Shown here piece by piece: positions 26,004-34,546 of a stretch of 64,000 nt of DNA. Origin of the DNA: Anaerolineales bacterium UBA6092 (GTDB taxonomy: Bacteria > Chloroflexota > Anaerolineae > Anaerolineales > UBA4823); contig DIXA01000046.1 of the NCBI GenBank assembly GCA_002428565.1, forward strand, positions 24,678 through 88,677, given 5' to 3'. A program made the translations under genes and the position numbers. Below the pieces are notes generated by a model. It was not told the origin of the DNA, did not search any database, and saw only the letters and a list, made by a program, of their open reading frames with translations. The number at the start of each line of letters is the position of its first letter. Within the stretch, counting starts at the first letter, position 1.

Positions 26004-27419
26004 GTGCAAGATATCGCCATGGGAATCGCCAGCCAGGGTTTCCTGCTCTTATTTTTGCCGCTCAGCCTGCTGATCTACTGGCTCCTGCTGCGCCGCCCGC
26101 GGCAAAAACTGCTCTTTCTCAGCCTGCTCAGCCTGCTGTTCTACGCCATCGCCGGGAAGGAGTATCTGCTCCTGCTGCTGGGATTATCCGCGGCCACCTA
26201 CGCCTTGGCGCGGGTGCGCAAGTTCACCCTGGGCATCCTGCTTAACCTGCTGGCGCTGGCTTTCTTCAAATATGGGGGCTTTGGCTTGCAACAGGCAGGA
26301 TTGTTGGCTCAGGCCTGGGGGCTGCAAGCCGCCCTGCCGCTGCTCAACCTGGCTCTCCCGCTGGGGATTTCTTTCTACGTGTTCAAGCACATCAGTTATC
26401 TGGTAAGCGTGCGCCGGGGGCGCTGCCCGGCTGCGAGCGATCCTTGGCTCTTCTTCACCTATGCCGCCTTTTTCCCCTCCGTCAGCGCGGGGCCGTTGAG
26501 CGGCTACCCGGAAACTGCCAGCCAACTGCAAGCGCTGCCCTCCCGGCTGGAGCCTGCAAACCTCTACCAGGGACTGCTGCACATCAGCGCCGGGTTGGCC
26601 AAGAAGATCTTGATCGCCGATATCCTGCGGGATGCTTTGGGCGCCGGGCTGTTTGGCAGTGCCGCAACCGGCGAGGGACTGGCCTGGGCCTGGCTTTCTC
26701 TATTGATCTACGCCTTCCAACTGTATTTCGATTTCTCTGGCTATACGGACCTGGCTCTGGGAATTGCCCTGCTCTTTGGTGTGACCCTGCCGCCCAACTT
26801 TAACAACCCCTACCTGGCCTCCAACCTGGCCCAATTCTGGCAGCGCTGGCATATTTCGCTCTCTTCCTGGATTCGCGCCTATGTGTTCATGCCCTTCTCG
26901 GGATGGCTACTCACTCACCTGGGGAACCGGCACAAACAGCTGGGCATGCTGTTGGCCAACCTGCTCACCATGACCCTGATCGGCGTGTGGCACGGCACAG
27001 GCTGGCTCTTCTTGCTGTGGGGCTTATATCACGGCCTGCTGCTCAGCCTACGCTCTCTACTCGCCCAGCGCGGCGTGCAAATCCGCGGCCGCTTCACCGG
27101 GCAAGCGCTCACCTTCGTGGCGGTGCTGATCGGTTGGGCCATCTTCCTCAGCCCCGACCTGGCCTTTGCCGGCAGGCTCTTCTCGGGCCTGCTGGGCCTG
27201 CAAGGCGTGGGCAATCTGGCCCCGCTGCTGCTCGTCTACGATAAATTCACCCTGGCTACCCTGGCCATCGCCATGCTGCTCTCTGCCCTGGGGATTGTGG
27301 AAGCGCTCCATCTGCCCCCGGCACGGCGCGCCTGGGTTGCTGCGGCCTGGGGCCTGCTGGGGCTGCTGTGCATCCTGATGTTAGGGGAAGAGGTCGAGTT
27401 TTTGTACGTGCTGTTCTAA
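26004..27419 (+). CDS. MBOAT-family membrane-bound O-acyltransferase (AlgI/DltB-like)
   Basis: 471 aa, polytopic. Motifs: FWQRWHISLSSWIRAYVFMPF and the conserved His region LIGVWHGTGW. The start may be ATG 26019 rather than GTG 26004. Confidence 0.88.
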   Translation: MQDIAMGIASQGFLLLFLPLSLLIYWLLLRRPRQKLLFLSLLSLLFYAIAGKEYLLLLLGLSAATYALARVRKFTLGILLNLLALAFFKYGGFGLQQAGLLAQAWGLQAALPLLNLALPLGISFYVFKHISYLVSVRRGRCPAASDPWLFFTYAAFFPSVSAGPLSGYPETASQLQALPSRLEPANLYQGLLHISAGLAKKILIADILRDALGAGLFGSAATGEGLAWAWLSLLIYAFQLYFDFSGYTDLALGIALLFGVTLPPNFNNPYLASNLAQFWQRWHISLSSWIRAYVFMPFSGWLLTHLGNRHKQLGMLLANLLTMTLIGVWHGTGWLFLLWGLYHGLLLSLRSLLAQRGVQIRGRFTGQALTFVAVLIGWAIFLSPDLAFAGRLFSGLLGLQGVGNLAPLLLVYDKFTLATLAIAMLLSALGIVEALHLPPARRAWVAAAWGLLGLLCILMLGEEVEFLYVLF

Positions 27420-27427
27420 GCCAGGCG

Positions 27428-28657
27428 TCATTGGCTGTTCGCGGCGCGGCGCTGAGCGGCCCGCTCAGCCAGGAAATACACCCCCGCCAACCCGGCATAC
27501 ACCGCCAGCAGGCACACAGGGATCACTTCCAACGAAACCTGCTCTGCCAAAACGCCCATCAGGCTGGGGATCACCGCAATACCTAAACCGGTAGCCGCCA
27601 TCTGCATGCCGATGGTATTGGCGGCGTAACGCAGCCCCACCCGCTGGCTGGTGCCCGACATCAGCGCCGGGAAGATGGGGGCGATGGCAAAGCCGATCAA
27701 GGCCACCGCCAGCAGATTAGCCACCTCCGACGGATTCCAGATCAGCAAAGCCGCACCTAAGATCGCCCCCGCCAGCCCGCCTGCCACCAGCAGGTTGACC
27801 CCCATCCGTTTGGCAAACAGGCCCGCCACCACCCGCCCCACGGTAAAAGTAGCCCAATAACTGCCCGCGAATAACCCCGCCAGGGTTGGGTCAACCCCAC
27901 GCGATTCAACCAGCAGGCTGTAGCCCCAGGTGCCAAGCGAATTTTCCGCGCCAACGTAGAGGAAAAACAGCCCCACGCTCAGCCACACCTGCGGCTGGCG
28001 CAGGGTTTGGCGCATCGGCGTCTTGTAATCGGTCAGGCGCTGAGGGGTTTCACTCTCTTGCGAGGCGCCTTTTTGGCTCCACATTGCCAGGGTCAGCATG
28101 AAGCAAGCCGCCAGCGCCAACTGAAAAACGCCCACGCCGCGATACCCCGCGTGCCACGTGTTCAGGGAGGTCAGCCCAACGGTCATAATGATCGGCCCCA
28201 GGGTCACACCAATCCCCCAACTGGCATGCAGCCATTGCATCAGCCCCTCGCCGAAGTGCGCCGCAACATAGGTGTTGAGGCCGGCATCGATCGCTCCCGC
28301 CCCCAGCCCGGCAACCACACCCAGCAGCACCATCATCCACCACGCCGGGACGAGGGTATAGCCGATCAGCCCGATCCCGGTGAGGGCGCAGGAGGCAGCC
28401 AGCAGGCGGCCCACGCCCAGCCGGGCGATCAGGGGGCCGCTGGAGAAGCTGGAGATCATGTACCCCAGCATGGACGCCGTGATCAGCATGCCAATCGCAT
28501 CCAGGGGCAGCCCAAAGCTGGCGCGGATGGAAGGCCAGGCCACCCCAAGTAAGCCGTCGGGCAGCCCCAAAGCTACAAATGCAATATAGGCCAATAGCAC
28601 CAGACCAATTTTGGGATAATACTTGATCTTCTTCCAGATATTCAAGAGTTTTTCCAC
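27428..28657 (-). CDS. MFS transporter
   Basis: Polytopic protein with GLPDGLLGVAWPSIRASFGLPLDAIGML. The track start ATG 28705 lies inside the perfect hairpin 28671-28717. Starts just downstream of the hairpin (GTG 28657 or TTG 28645) are more plausible. The exact start is unresolved. Confidence 0.78.
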   Translation of the reverse strand: MEKLLNIWKKIKYYPKIGLVLLAYIAFVALGLPDGLLGVAWPSIRASFGLPLDAIGMLITASMLGYMISSFSSGPLIARLGVGRLLAASCALTGIGLIGYTLVPAWWMMVLLGVVAGLGAGAIDAGLNTYVAAHFGEGLMQWLHASWGIGVTLGPIIMTVGLTSLNTWHAGYRGVGVFQLALAACFMLTLAMWSQKGASQESETPQRLTDYKTPMRQTLRQPQVWLSVGLFFLYVGAENSLGTWGYSLLVESRGVDPTLAGLFAGSYWATFTVGRVVAGLFAKRMGVNLLVAGGLAGAILGAALLIWNPSEVANLLAVALIGFAIAPIFPALMSGTSQRVGLRYAANTIGMQMAATGLGIAVIPSLMGVLAEQVSLEVIPVCLLAVYAGLAGVYFLAERAAQRRAANSQ

Positions 28658-28670
28658 TTCTAAATATGTT

Positions 28671-28717
28671 GAAATCAGGTGTGTGCGGGCGTTTTGCGCC
28701 CGCACACACCTGATTTC
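28671..28717 (-). terminator. Long perfect hairpin downstream of the histidine kinase gene
   Basis: gaaatcaggtgtgtgcgggcg / ttttg / cgcccgcacacacctgatttc: 21-bp perfect stem. Its GC core, gtgcgggcg-ttt-cgcccgcac, is shared with the hairpin at 13493-13543. Confidence 0.65.
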
Positions 28718-28754
28718 AAGCTCTTTTTCCGCCCCTTGAGGGGTGGAAGTTAGA

Positions 28755-29954
28755 TCACTGTTTGACCGGCAGCCAAACGGTAAAGGTGCTGCCGTCTCCC
28801 AGCGTGCTTTCTACTTCGATCTTGCCCTGGTGCTGCTCGATCACCTGGCGGGCGATCGAAAGTCCCAGCCCCGCACCGCGGAACAAGTGCCCCTTGACCT
28901 CATCCAGGCGGAAGAAACGATCGAAGATGCGTGGCATCGCCTCGGGCGGGATGCCCACCCCCTGATCCCGCACGCGGATCCACACCTGCCCGTCCCCGCG
29001 ACCCACATCCACCAATACATCACCGCCATCCGGGCTGAACTTGATCGCATTGTCCAGGATCGCCATTATAGCGCGCTCCAGGCTCTTCGGCTCGGCAGAA
29101 AGCCTGGGCAAATTGGGGGCAATGTTCAATTTGAGCCCCACCTGGCTGCGGTCAGCCCGCGCCCGCTGCTGATCTACCGCCGCGGTCACCACCGTGCCCA
29201 GGTCGATCACCTGGAACCCCGGCAGGATCAGATCCATTTCTTGCAAGAAAAGGATATCATTGGTCAGTGTGATGATCGACTGCAAGTTATTTGCCACCGT
29301 ATCCAGGGCTGCCTGCAGCGCATCGCCTTGCAGCATGCCCATGCGCGCCACCTGCACAAAGCCGCTCGCCGCGGTCAGCGGTGTGCGCAGCTCATGAGCA
29401 ATGGTGGTCAGGAACTCCCGCCGGGCGTAATCCATCTCGGCTAACTGCTGGTAAGCCTCCGCCAGCTCACGCGCCTTCAGCCGCAGCTCCTCGATCGCCA
29501 TGGCATCGTTGCGCTTCAAGCGCTGGCTCACCTCGCGCACCATCGCCAGCGAGACGGTGGTGCTGCGCTCGAGCAGCTTGGTGAAATCGGGCTTGCGGAT
29601 TTCCAGCACCGAGACCGGCCCCACGGTGGCAACAGTGGCTGCTCGCGGGGCATTATGGATCAGCGCCATCTCGCCAAAGAAATCACCCGCCTCCAGATGC
29701 TTCATGAGCTTTTGCTCCAGGTTGGTCATTTCCTTGGTCACTTCTACATCGCCATCCAGGATGATGTAGAAAGTCTCCTCCACCGCGCCCTCGCGGCACA
29801 GGATCGTTCCAGCCGGGTACTCCCGGACGCGCCCAACCGACACCATCTCCTGGGCTTCTTCCTGGCGGATACCCGGGAACGCGCATCGTAAGATATTGAG
29901 TGGGGAAACCTCGCTGGGCATAACAACCTCCTGTGCAGTGATCAACTTGATCAA
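28755..29954 (-). CDS. Sensor histidine kinase with N-terminal cyclic-nucleotide-binding domain
   Basis: cNMP-binding-like region: YPAGTILCREGAVEETFYIILDGDVEV..GDFFGEMALIHNAPRAATVATVGP. HisKA H-box FLTTIAHELRTPL. HATPase_c motifs ILDNAIKFS, DQGVGIP, GAGLGLSIA. The start lies 1 nt after the rsmD stop. Confidence 0.85.
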   Translation of the reverse strand: MIKLITAQEVVMPSEVSPLNILRCAFPGIRQEEAQEMVSVGRVREYPAGTILCREGAVEETFYIILDGDVEVTKEMTNLEQKLMKHLEAGDFFGEMALIHNAPRAATVATVGPVSVLEIRKPDFTKLLERSTTVSLAMVREVSQRLKRNDAMAIEELRLKARELAEAYQQLAEMDYARREFLTTIAHELRTPLTAASGFVQVARMGMLQGDALQAALDTVANNLQSIITLTNDILFLQEMDLILPGFQVIDLGTVVTAAVDQQRARADRSQVGLKLNIAPNLPRLSAEPKSLERAIMAILDNAIKFSPDGGDVLVDVGRGDGQVWIRVRDQGVGIPPEAMPRIFDRFFRLDEVKGHLFRGAGLGLSIARQVIEQHQGKIEVESTLGDGSTFTVWLPVKQ

Positions 29955-29955
29955 C

Positions 29956-30528
29956 TTAATTGTAACGCCTTTCGTAAAAAATGAGTAATGTACTTCCGTA
30001 CGTGCGGCGGTCGAACTCCACCAGGTTCTTCAGCACATCCTCACCGAATTCCTCATCTTCCACCGGGTGGATCTGCACAATGACCCAGGCATCTTCCACC
30101 AGCCAGCCAGGATTCTGATCCACCGCCAGCAGGGCGCGCTTCCACAGGCCCAGATACTGCGGCGGGGCAATATACACATAATCATACACCTGCTCTGGCG
30201 GGCGCGCCAGCAGGGCAAAGGCATCCATGTGCAGAACGAGCGCCCCCTTTTCCAAATCGGTCGCCTTCAGGTTCGCCCGGATGGTAACGATGGGCTGGCG
30301 GTTCAGATCGATGAACAGCACATGCGCCGCCCCGCGGCTCAAGGCCTCAATGCCCACGCTGCCGGTGCCCGCAAACAGATCCAGAAAATTGCACCCCTGG
30401 ATTTCCGGGCCCAGGATGTTGAACAAAGCCTCCCGCACCCGGTCGGTGATCGGGCGGGTGGTGTCGCCAGGCACAGAGCGCAGTCTGCGCCCGCGGGCAA
30501 CTCCTCCAATGATCCGCAATCCACTCAT
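29956..30528 (-). CDS. rsmD: 16S rRNA (guanine966-N2)-methyltransferase
   Basis: 190 aa. Motifs: RIIGGVARGRRLRSVPGDTTRPITDRVREALFNIL, FLDLFAGTGSVGIEALSRGA, YIAPPY-like DYVYIAPPQY. Confidence 0.88.
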   Translation of the reverse strand: MSGLRIIGGVARGRRLRSVPGDTTRPITDRVREALFNILGPEIQGCNFLDLFAGTGSVGIEALSRGAAHVLFIDLNRQPIVTIRANLKATDLEKGALVLHMDAFALLARPPEQVYDYVYIAPPQYLGLWKRALLAVDQNPGWLVEDAWVIVQIHPVEDEEFGEDVLKNLVEFDRRTYGSTLLIFYERRYN

Positions 30529-30556
30529 CTATTGATCCTCTTCCCGGCCGCGCCGG

Positions 30557-31555
30557 TCAAGCGCCCGGCTCCACGCTGCGCCGGGCGGCGATGATGTTGG
30601 CGCGCGGGGCAATGGTGGGCAGCACGCAACCCGTCCCCAGGATGAAGCGCCGTCCCTGCGTCGCCTGGATGGCATCCCGGGCTTCGGCTCGCACCTGCTC
30701 CGGCGTGCCCAGCACCATAGTTTGCTCGCGCTGCAAACCGCCGCACAGCCCGCCGGAAAACAAGGATTGCGCCTGGCCTAAAGTGGGCGCGGTATCCCGG
30801 TCATGCCAGTTGATCACCGCCATCGGGTAATCCACCACGCGCGTAAACATCACATCGCTGCCATGCAGATGCAGCATATTCAGCCACAAGTCCCTGGCGG
30901 GCTCCAACACGGGCAGGTCATACGCCCGCCCAAAGGCATCGAACTCCGCTTCAGAGAGCAGGCCGTATTGGGCATGCTGCACAGCATAAAAAACACCCGC
31001 CATGCCGGTTTGGTGCGCGGCTTCGATGAACTGCCGCGTGCTCTCGGCGATGGTGCGCAGCCCGGCGTGCACTGCCTCGGGCCAGCGCCGCAGGTGCACC
31101 AGTAACTGTGCGCCGCCGACCAGGTTCTTGGCCTGTGAGAGCGGACTGAAGACCGTTTGCAGCACCGGCGTCTGCTCGCCCAGCGCCTCACAGACCAGGC
31201 GCAGGCAGTTCAACTGCCGGCCCAATGCGCCCTGGTATACATCCAGGGCGGGCAGGCGCAGCCAATCCTCTGGCTCATGCACCACCCGCCGCGTCACCTC
31301 GCGCGTGCCCTCGGTAGCACCCCGCCAGGTATCCTCCACGCCCCAATCTTGCAGGCAAAACGAGGAAGCCGGGGTCACTTTCACCAGGTCGAAATCGTAA
31401 CTGTGCTGAAAATCGAGCGTAGCCGCAGCCAGCGTTTCGGGCGCCTGGTCATCCACCGGGAAATGCCGCCATAATGCCACCGGGGTGCGGTCTGGGATCG
31501 CGCCGCTCAGGCAGGTTTCCAGGCGCTGGCGGTGTGAGATTGATTGATCCGTCAT
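30557..31555 (-). CDS. Uroporphyrinogen decarboxylase (URO-D) family protein (MtaA/CmuA-like branch possible)
   Basis: 332 aa. N terminus RTPVALWRHFP, central FSPLSQAKNL, C terminus RFILGTGCVLP, as in URO-D-fold proteins. The ATG overlaps the stop of the upstream TPR gene (ATGA at 31552-31555). Confidence 0.72.
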   Translation of the reverse strand: MTDQSISHRQRLETCLSGAIPDRTPVALWRHFPVDDQAPETLAAATLDFQHSYDFDLVKVTPASSFCLQDWGVEDTWRGATEGTREVTRRVVHEPEDWLRLPALDVYQGALGRQLNCLRLVCEALGEQTPVLQTVFSPLSQAKNLVGGAQLLVHLRRWPEAVHAGLRTIAESTRQFIEAAHQTGMAGVFYAVQHAQYGLLSEAEFDAFGRAYDLPVLEPARDLWLNMLHLHGSDVMFTRVVDYPMAVINWHDRDTAPTLGQAQSLFSGGLCGGLQREQTMVLGTPEQVRAEARDAIQATQGRRFILGTGCVLPTIAPRANIIAARRSVEPGA

Positions 31556-31947
31556 TGTTCTTCTCCCATCCTCCCGGCTTTACCATCTAGCTGGCGGAGG
31601 TGCCCCTGCGCCAGCACATCCAGCATCCTGGCCCGATCCGCCTCCATGTGTTTGCCCTGGATCAACGCCATCACCTGCTCAAACGCCTGCCGTGAGCCAT
31701 CTCGATCTCCGGCGGCTTTCAGCACCAGGCCCAGGCCGTAATGCCCATCCACCATCTCTGGCTCAAGGGCCGTGGCGGCGCGCAGGTCACGTTCCGCCCG
31801 CTCGTACTGCTGGCGGGCGTAAAAGGCAATCCCGCGGCGAGCATACTCTTCAGCGGTGTGCGGGTCTACCATCGTCTCCGGGTCCACGGCAATGGATTTA
31901 ACCCAAAAAACTTCCTTTTTCTTGTTTTTTTTTCGAAACAAACGCAT
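31552..31947 (-). CDS. TPR-repeat protein with Lys-rich N terminus
   Basis: 131 aa. TPR-like helices AEEYARRGIAFYARQQYERAERDLRAATALEPEMVDGHYGLGLVL. The N terminus MRLFRKKNKKKE is encoded through an A9 run. No clear SD, so the start is uncertain. Confidence 0.6.
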   Translation of the reverse strand: MRLFRKKNKKKEVFWVKSIAVDPETMVDPHTAEEYARRGIAFYARQQYERAERDLRAATALEPEMVDGHYGLGLVLKAAGDRDGSRQAFEQVMALIQGKHMEADRARMLDVLAQGHLRQLDGKAGRMGEEQ

Positions 31948-31956
31948 GCTGTTGCT

Positions 31957-33159
31957 CTATGAGGAGGAAGGAGGGCAGGCGCGTTGGATCACCGCCTGGA
32001 TTTCCGTCTCTTCCGCAGATTGTTCGGTAAAGAAGCGCTCCATATAAGCAGAGCGGCGCATCCGCAGCGCCATGGGCGCCACGGCTCGCAGGTCAGCTTC
32101 GCTCGCTTCGCTGCGACCGTCCAGCGCGGCGTAGGCGCGCGCCGCCTCGAACAAAGTGATCTCTGCCCGCAGCGAATCGATCTTCAGCTCTTGCACCATC
32201 GCCAGCCCCAGCTTCGAGACCGCCTCGGGCACCTTCACCTGCACCACGGCATCCCGCGCCGCCTGCACATCCGCCTGCACTTCTTGCAGCGCGGCCGCAT
32301 AGGTGGCGGTCATGCGCCGCGGCGAGGCCTGGTAGAACTGCACCTGACGGTAGGCTTCTAAACGCTGCTGAGGGTCTTCCAAACCGCGCACCACCACCCG
32401 CAGCCCAAAACGATCCATAATCTGCGGGCGCAGGCGGCCCTCTTCCGGGTTCATCGAGCCCAGCAGCACAAACCGAGAACGGTAAGTGGCCGTGACCGGA
32501 CCGCGCCGCACCGTGTAAGAGCCCTGGGCGGCCGCATCCAAAATAGCGTCCACTACCTCGTCTGCCAGCAGGTTCACCTCATCCACGTACAGCAGGTTGC
32601 GGTCCGCGTGCGAAAGGATGCCGCGGCGCAGGCGCAGGCGCTCGTGGATGGCGGCGCGCTCATCGATGCCGCCCACCACATCTTCCAGACGAGAGTTCAA
32701 CGGCAATTCCACCAGCCGCACCTTATCCATCGTCGCCAGCGGCTCGCCCTGGCCAAATTTGCGGGCACAGTCGGGACACACCGCTTCCAACCCGCCCGCC
32801 TCAATATCTTCGGGCATGCAGCCGTAATGGCACAGGCTGCGCGGTGTCTCGGGCAGAAGGTCCGCCAGGCTGCGCACTGCCGTGGTCTTGCCGGTGCCGC
32901 GCGGGCCAATCAGCAGCATTCCACCCACGCCGGGGTTGATCAATGCCAGCAGCAGGCCGATCTTCATCTCCATCTGCCCCACCAGGGCCAGGAAGGGGAA
33001 AGGCAGCGTTTCGGCTAAACCGGCATCTTCTCTTTCCAGCGCCTGCCACTGGGCGCTCCCGGTGACCCGCTCGATCAGTTCACGCAGCGAGCGCACCTGC
33101 GGCGCAGGAGCACCTTCGGCTGCAGGCTGGGGGGCTGGGGCAGTGGGTTCTTCGCTCAT
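31957..33159 (-). CDS. ChlI/BchI-like AAA+ ATPase (Mg-chelatase subunit I family) with Cys4 insertion
   Basis: Start taken at ATG 33159, which overlaps the thioesterase stop (ATGA). The track's longer start 33327 runs through the thioesterase gene. Walker A GPRGTGKTT, Walker B LLYVDEVNLL, SMNPEEGRLRPQIMDRFGL, and a CHYGC..CPDC insertion. Confidence 0.8.
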   Translation of the reverse strand: MSEEPTAPAPQPAAEGAPAPQVRSLRELIERVTGSAQWQALEREDAGLAETLPFPFLALVGQMEMKIGLLLALINPGVGGMLLIGPRGTGKTTAVRSLADLLPETPRSLCHYGCMPEDIEAGGLEAVCPDCARKFGQGEPLATMDKVRLVELPLNSRLEDVVGGIDERAAIHERLRLRRGILSHADRNLLYVDEVNLLADEVVDAILDAAAQGSYTVRRGPVTATYRSRFVLLGSMNPEEGRLRPQIMDRFGLRVVVRGLEDPQQRLEAYRQVQFYQASPRRMTATYAAALQEVQADVQAARDAVVQVKVPEAVSKLGLAMVQELKIDSLRAEITLFEAARAYAALDGRSEASEADLRAVAPMALRMRRSAYMERFFTEQSAEETEIQAVIQRACPPSSS

Positions 33160-33644
33160 GACTCGCTCCGGCGTCTTTGTTCCAGGCGGTAAGCCTGGCG
33201 TTGACTGCCTTCTTCCATGCGCTGGCGCTCCGCCTCCGTCTCCGGGGTCAGCGGCGGCACCGCCACCGGGCGGCCATCTTCGCCAGGCGCCACGTAGACC
33301 AGGTAAGCCATATTGGTCACGGTGCATTCGCCCGTCACCGGATTCTCCGCCGTCACATGCACTTCCGTTTCCATGGAGGTCATGCCCACGTAACTCACTT
33401 CTGCCGTCAATGTCACCAGATCGCCCAGGCGGATGGGCTGGCGAAAATCCATGCGGTCCACCGCCACGGTCACCACCCGGCGGCGGGCATGGCGTATGCA
33501 GGCCAGCGCTCCGGCCTCATCCACCAATTTCATGATCCAGCCGCCATGCACATAGCCCATGTTATTGGCGTCCCTGGGCCCCATCAACTGTACCAGCACT
33601 GTGCGCGAAGCACTGGGGGGTTTCCCCGGCAGCAGCTCATCCAT
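33156..33644 (-). CDS. Acyl-CoA thioesterase (hotdog fold, YciA/BFIT-like)
   Basis: 162 aa. Motifs: ANNMGYVHGGWIMKLVDEAGALA, VTVAVDRMDFRQPIRLGDLV. Confidence 0.85.
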   Translation of the reverse strand: MDELLPGKPPSASRTVLVQLMGPRDANNMGYVHGGWIMKLVDEAGALACIRHARRRVVTVAVDRMDFRQPIRLGDLVTLTAEVSYVGMTSMETEVHVTAENPVTGECTVTNMAYLVYVAPGEDGRPVAVPPLTPETEAERQRMEEGSQRQAYRLEQRRRSES

Positions 33645-33647
33645 GGA

Positions 33648-34028
33648 TCAATCCATATCCTCGCGCATATCGCCAAAATCGACCGACGGCAGCAGCTCGG
33701 GCTGATCTTGCAGCACATCGATGGTGCCAAAGGCCAATTCTGACATCATCGGGGCCAGGGGATTGACTGCCGGTGGGCGGATCTTCAACACGCTGGGACG
33801 CTGCACGGCAATGCGCCCCTGGTCGAATCCATCAGCCATCTTGCGCAGCACGCGCGGCCCATCGCTCAGCCAGCCCACGTAATGCCCGTGAACCGAGTAC
33901 ACCTGCCGGTTAGGGGTAACATAGCCGATCCACTCGCCCTGGCGGCTGTACAGGTGCGGGTAAGCCAGGTAGGCTTCCAGGTCACCTTTGCTGGTATAGA
34001 TAGGAAGTAGTTTTTGATTCTCTGCCAT
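33648..34028 (-). CDS. Hypothetical protein (possibly '4-fold beta flower'-like)
   Basis: 126 aa. The repeating short beta-strand pattern LPIYTSKGDLEAYLAYPHLYSRQGEWIGYVTPNRQVYSVHGHYVGWL resembles that family as I recall it. Acidic tail. It ends 3 nt upstream of the thioesterase gene. Confidence 0.5.
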   Translation of the reverse strand: MAENQKLLPIYTSKGDLEAYLAYPHLYSRQGEWIGYVTPNRQVYSVHGHYVGWLSDGPRVLRKMADGFDQGRIAVQRPSVLKIRPPAVNPLAPMMSELAFGTIDVLQDQPELLPSVDFGDMREDMD

Positions 34029-34078
34029 AGTTTTCTTTGATTATACCCGTATCAGGCCGTTCTCGCTGATCTCAGCCG

Positions 34079-34546
34079 CTATTCTGACTTCACATCACCG
34101 TAAGTCCAGTAGCGGTTGGCGAAGAAATTCCAAAACATCACCACGATCACAGCGATCGCCAGGGTGACATTATCGCTGATCACTTCCGCGGAAAAAAGCG
34201 GCACCTGGAAGGGTAGACCCTCCACAAAACGGTACAAAACCGGCTCCAGGAACTTGAGGATGGGGATGCGGATGGCCAAACCCGCCACGCTGACCACGAA
34301 AAATTGGATCAACTGGCGAGACACCGGCTTAGAGCGCGAGTCCGGGTAGGTCCAGTAGCGGTTCCAGGTGAAGTTGCTCAAAATAGCGCAGATAAAGGAG
34401 ATGGTGCCTGCCCCAACCAGCGGCACGTGGAAGAGGCGCGTCAGCAGGTTGGCGACGCCAAAATCCACCACTGCGCCAATGATGCCCACCACAGCAAAGC
34501 GCAAAAAACGCTGGCGTTCTTGCTGATTGGTCAGGATCGCTGTCAT
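34079..34546 (-). CDS. GtrA-family membrane protein
   Basis: 155 aa, 4 helices. Motifs: [22 protein letters not shown] and two NRYWTY motifs. The ATG overlaps the upstream stop (ATGA). Confidence 0.8.
   Translation of the reverse strand: MTAILTNQQERQRFLRFAVVGIIGAVVDFGVANLLTRLFHVPLVGAGTISFICAILSNFTWNRYWTYPDSRSKPVSRQLIQFFVVSVAGLAIRIPILKFLEPVLYRFVEGLPFQVPLFSAEVISDNVTLAIAVIVVMFWNFFANRYWTYGDVKSE

Noticed and set aside
31957-33159. Calling the ChlI-like gene a photosynthetic Mg-chelatase subunit (bchI/chlI)
   Set aside because: No bchD/bchH or other (bacterio)chlorophyll genes are in the window, and the Cys4 insertion is atypical. Only a family-level call is justified.
33160-33327. 56-codon N-terminal extension of the ChlI-like gene
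   Set aside because: It would overlap the thioesterase gene by about 170 nt and reads GGGAAADPGDGGGAP.. The ATG at 33159 forms a classical ATGA coupling with the thioesterase stop.
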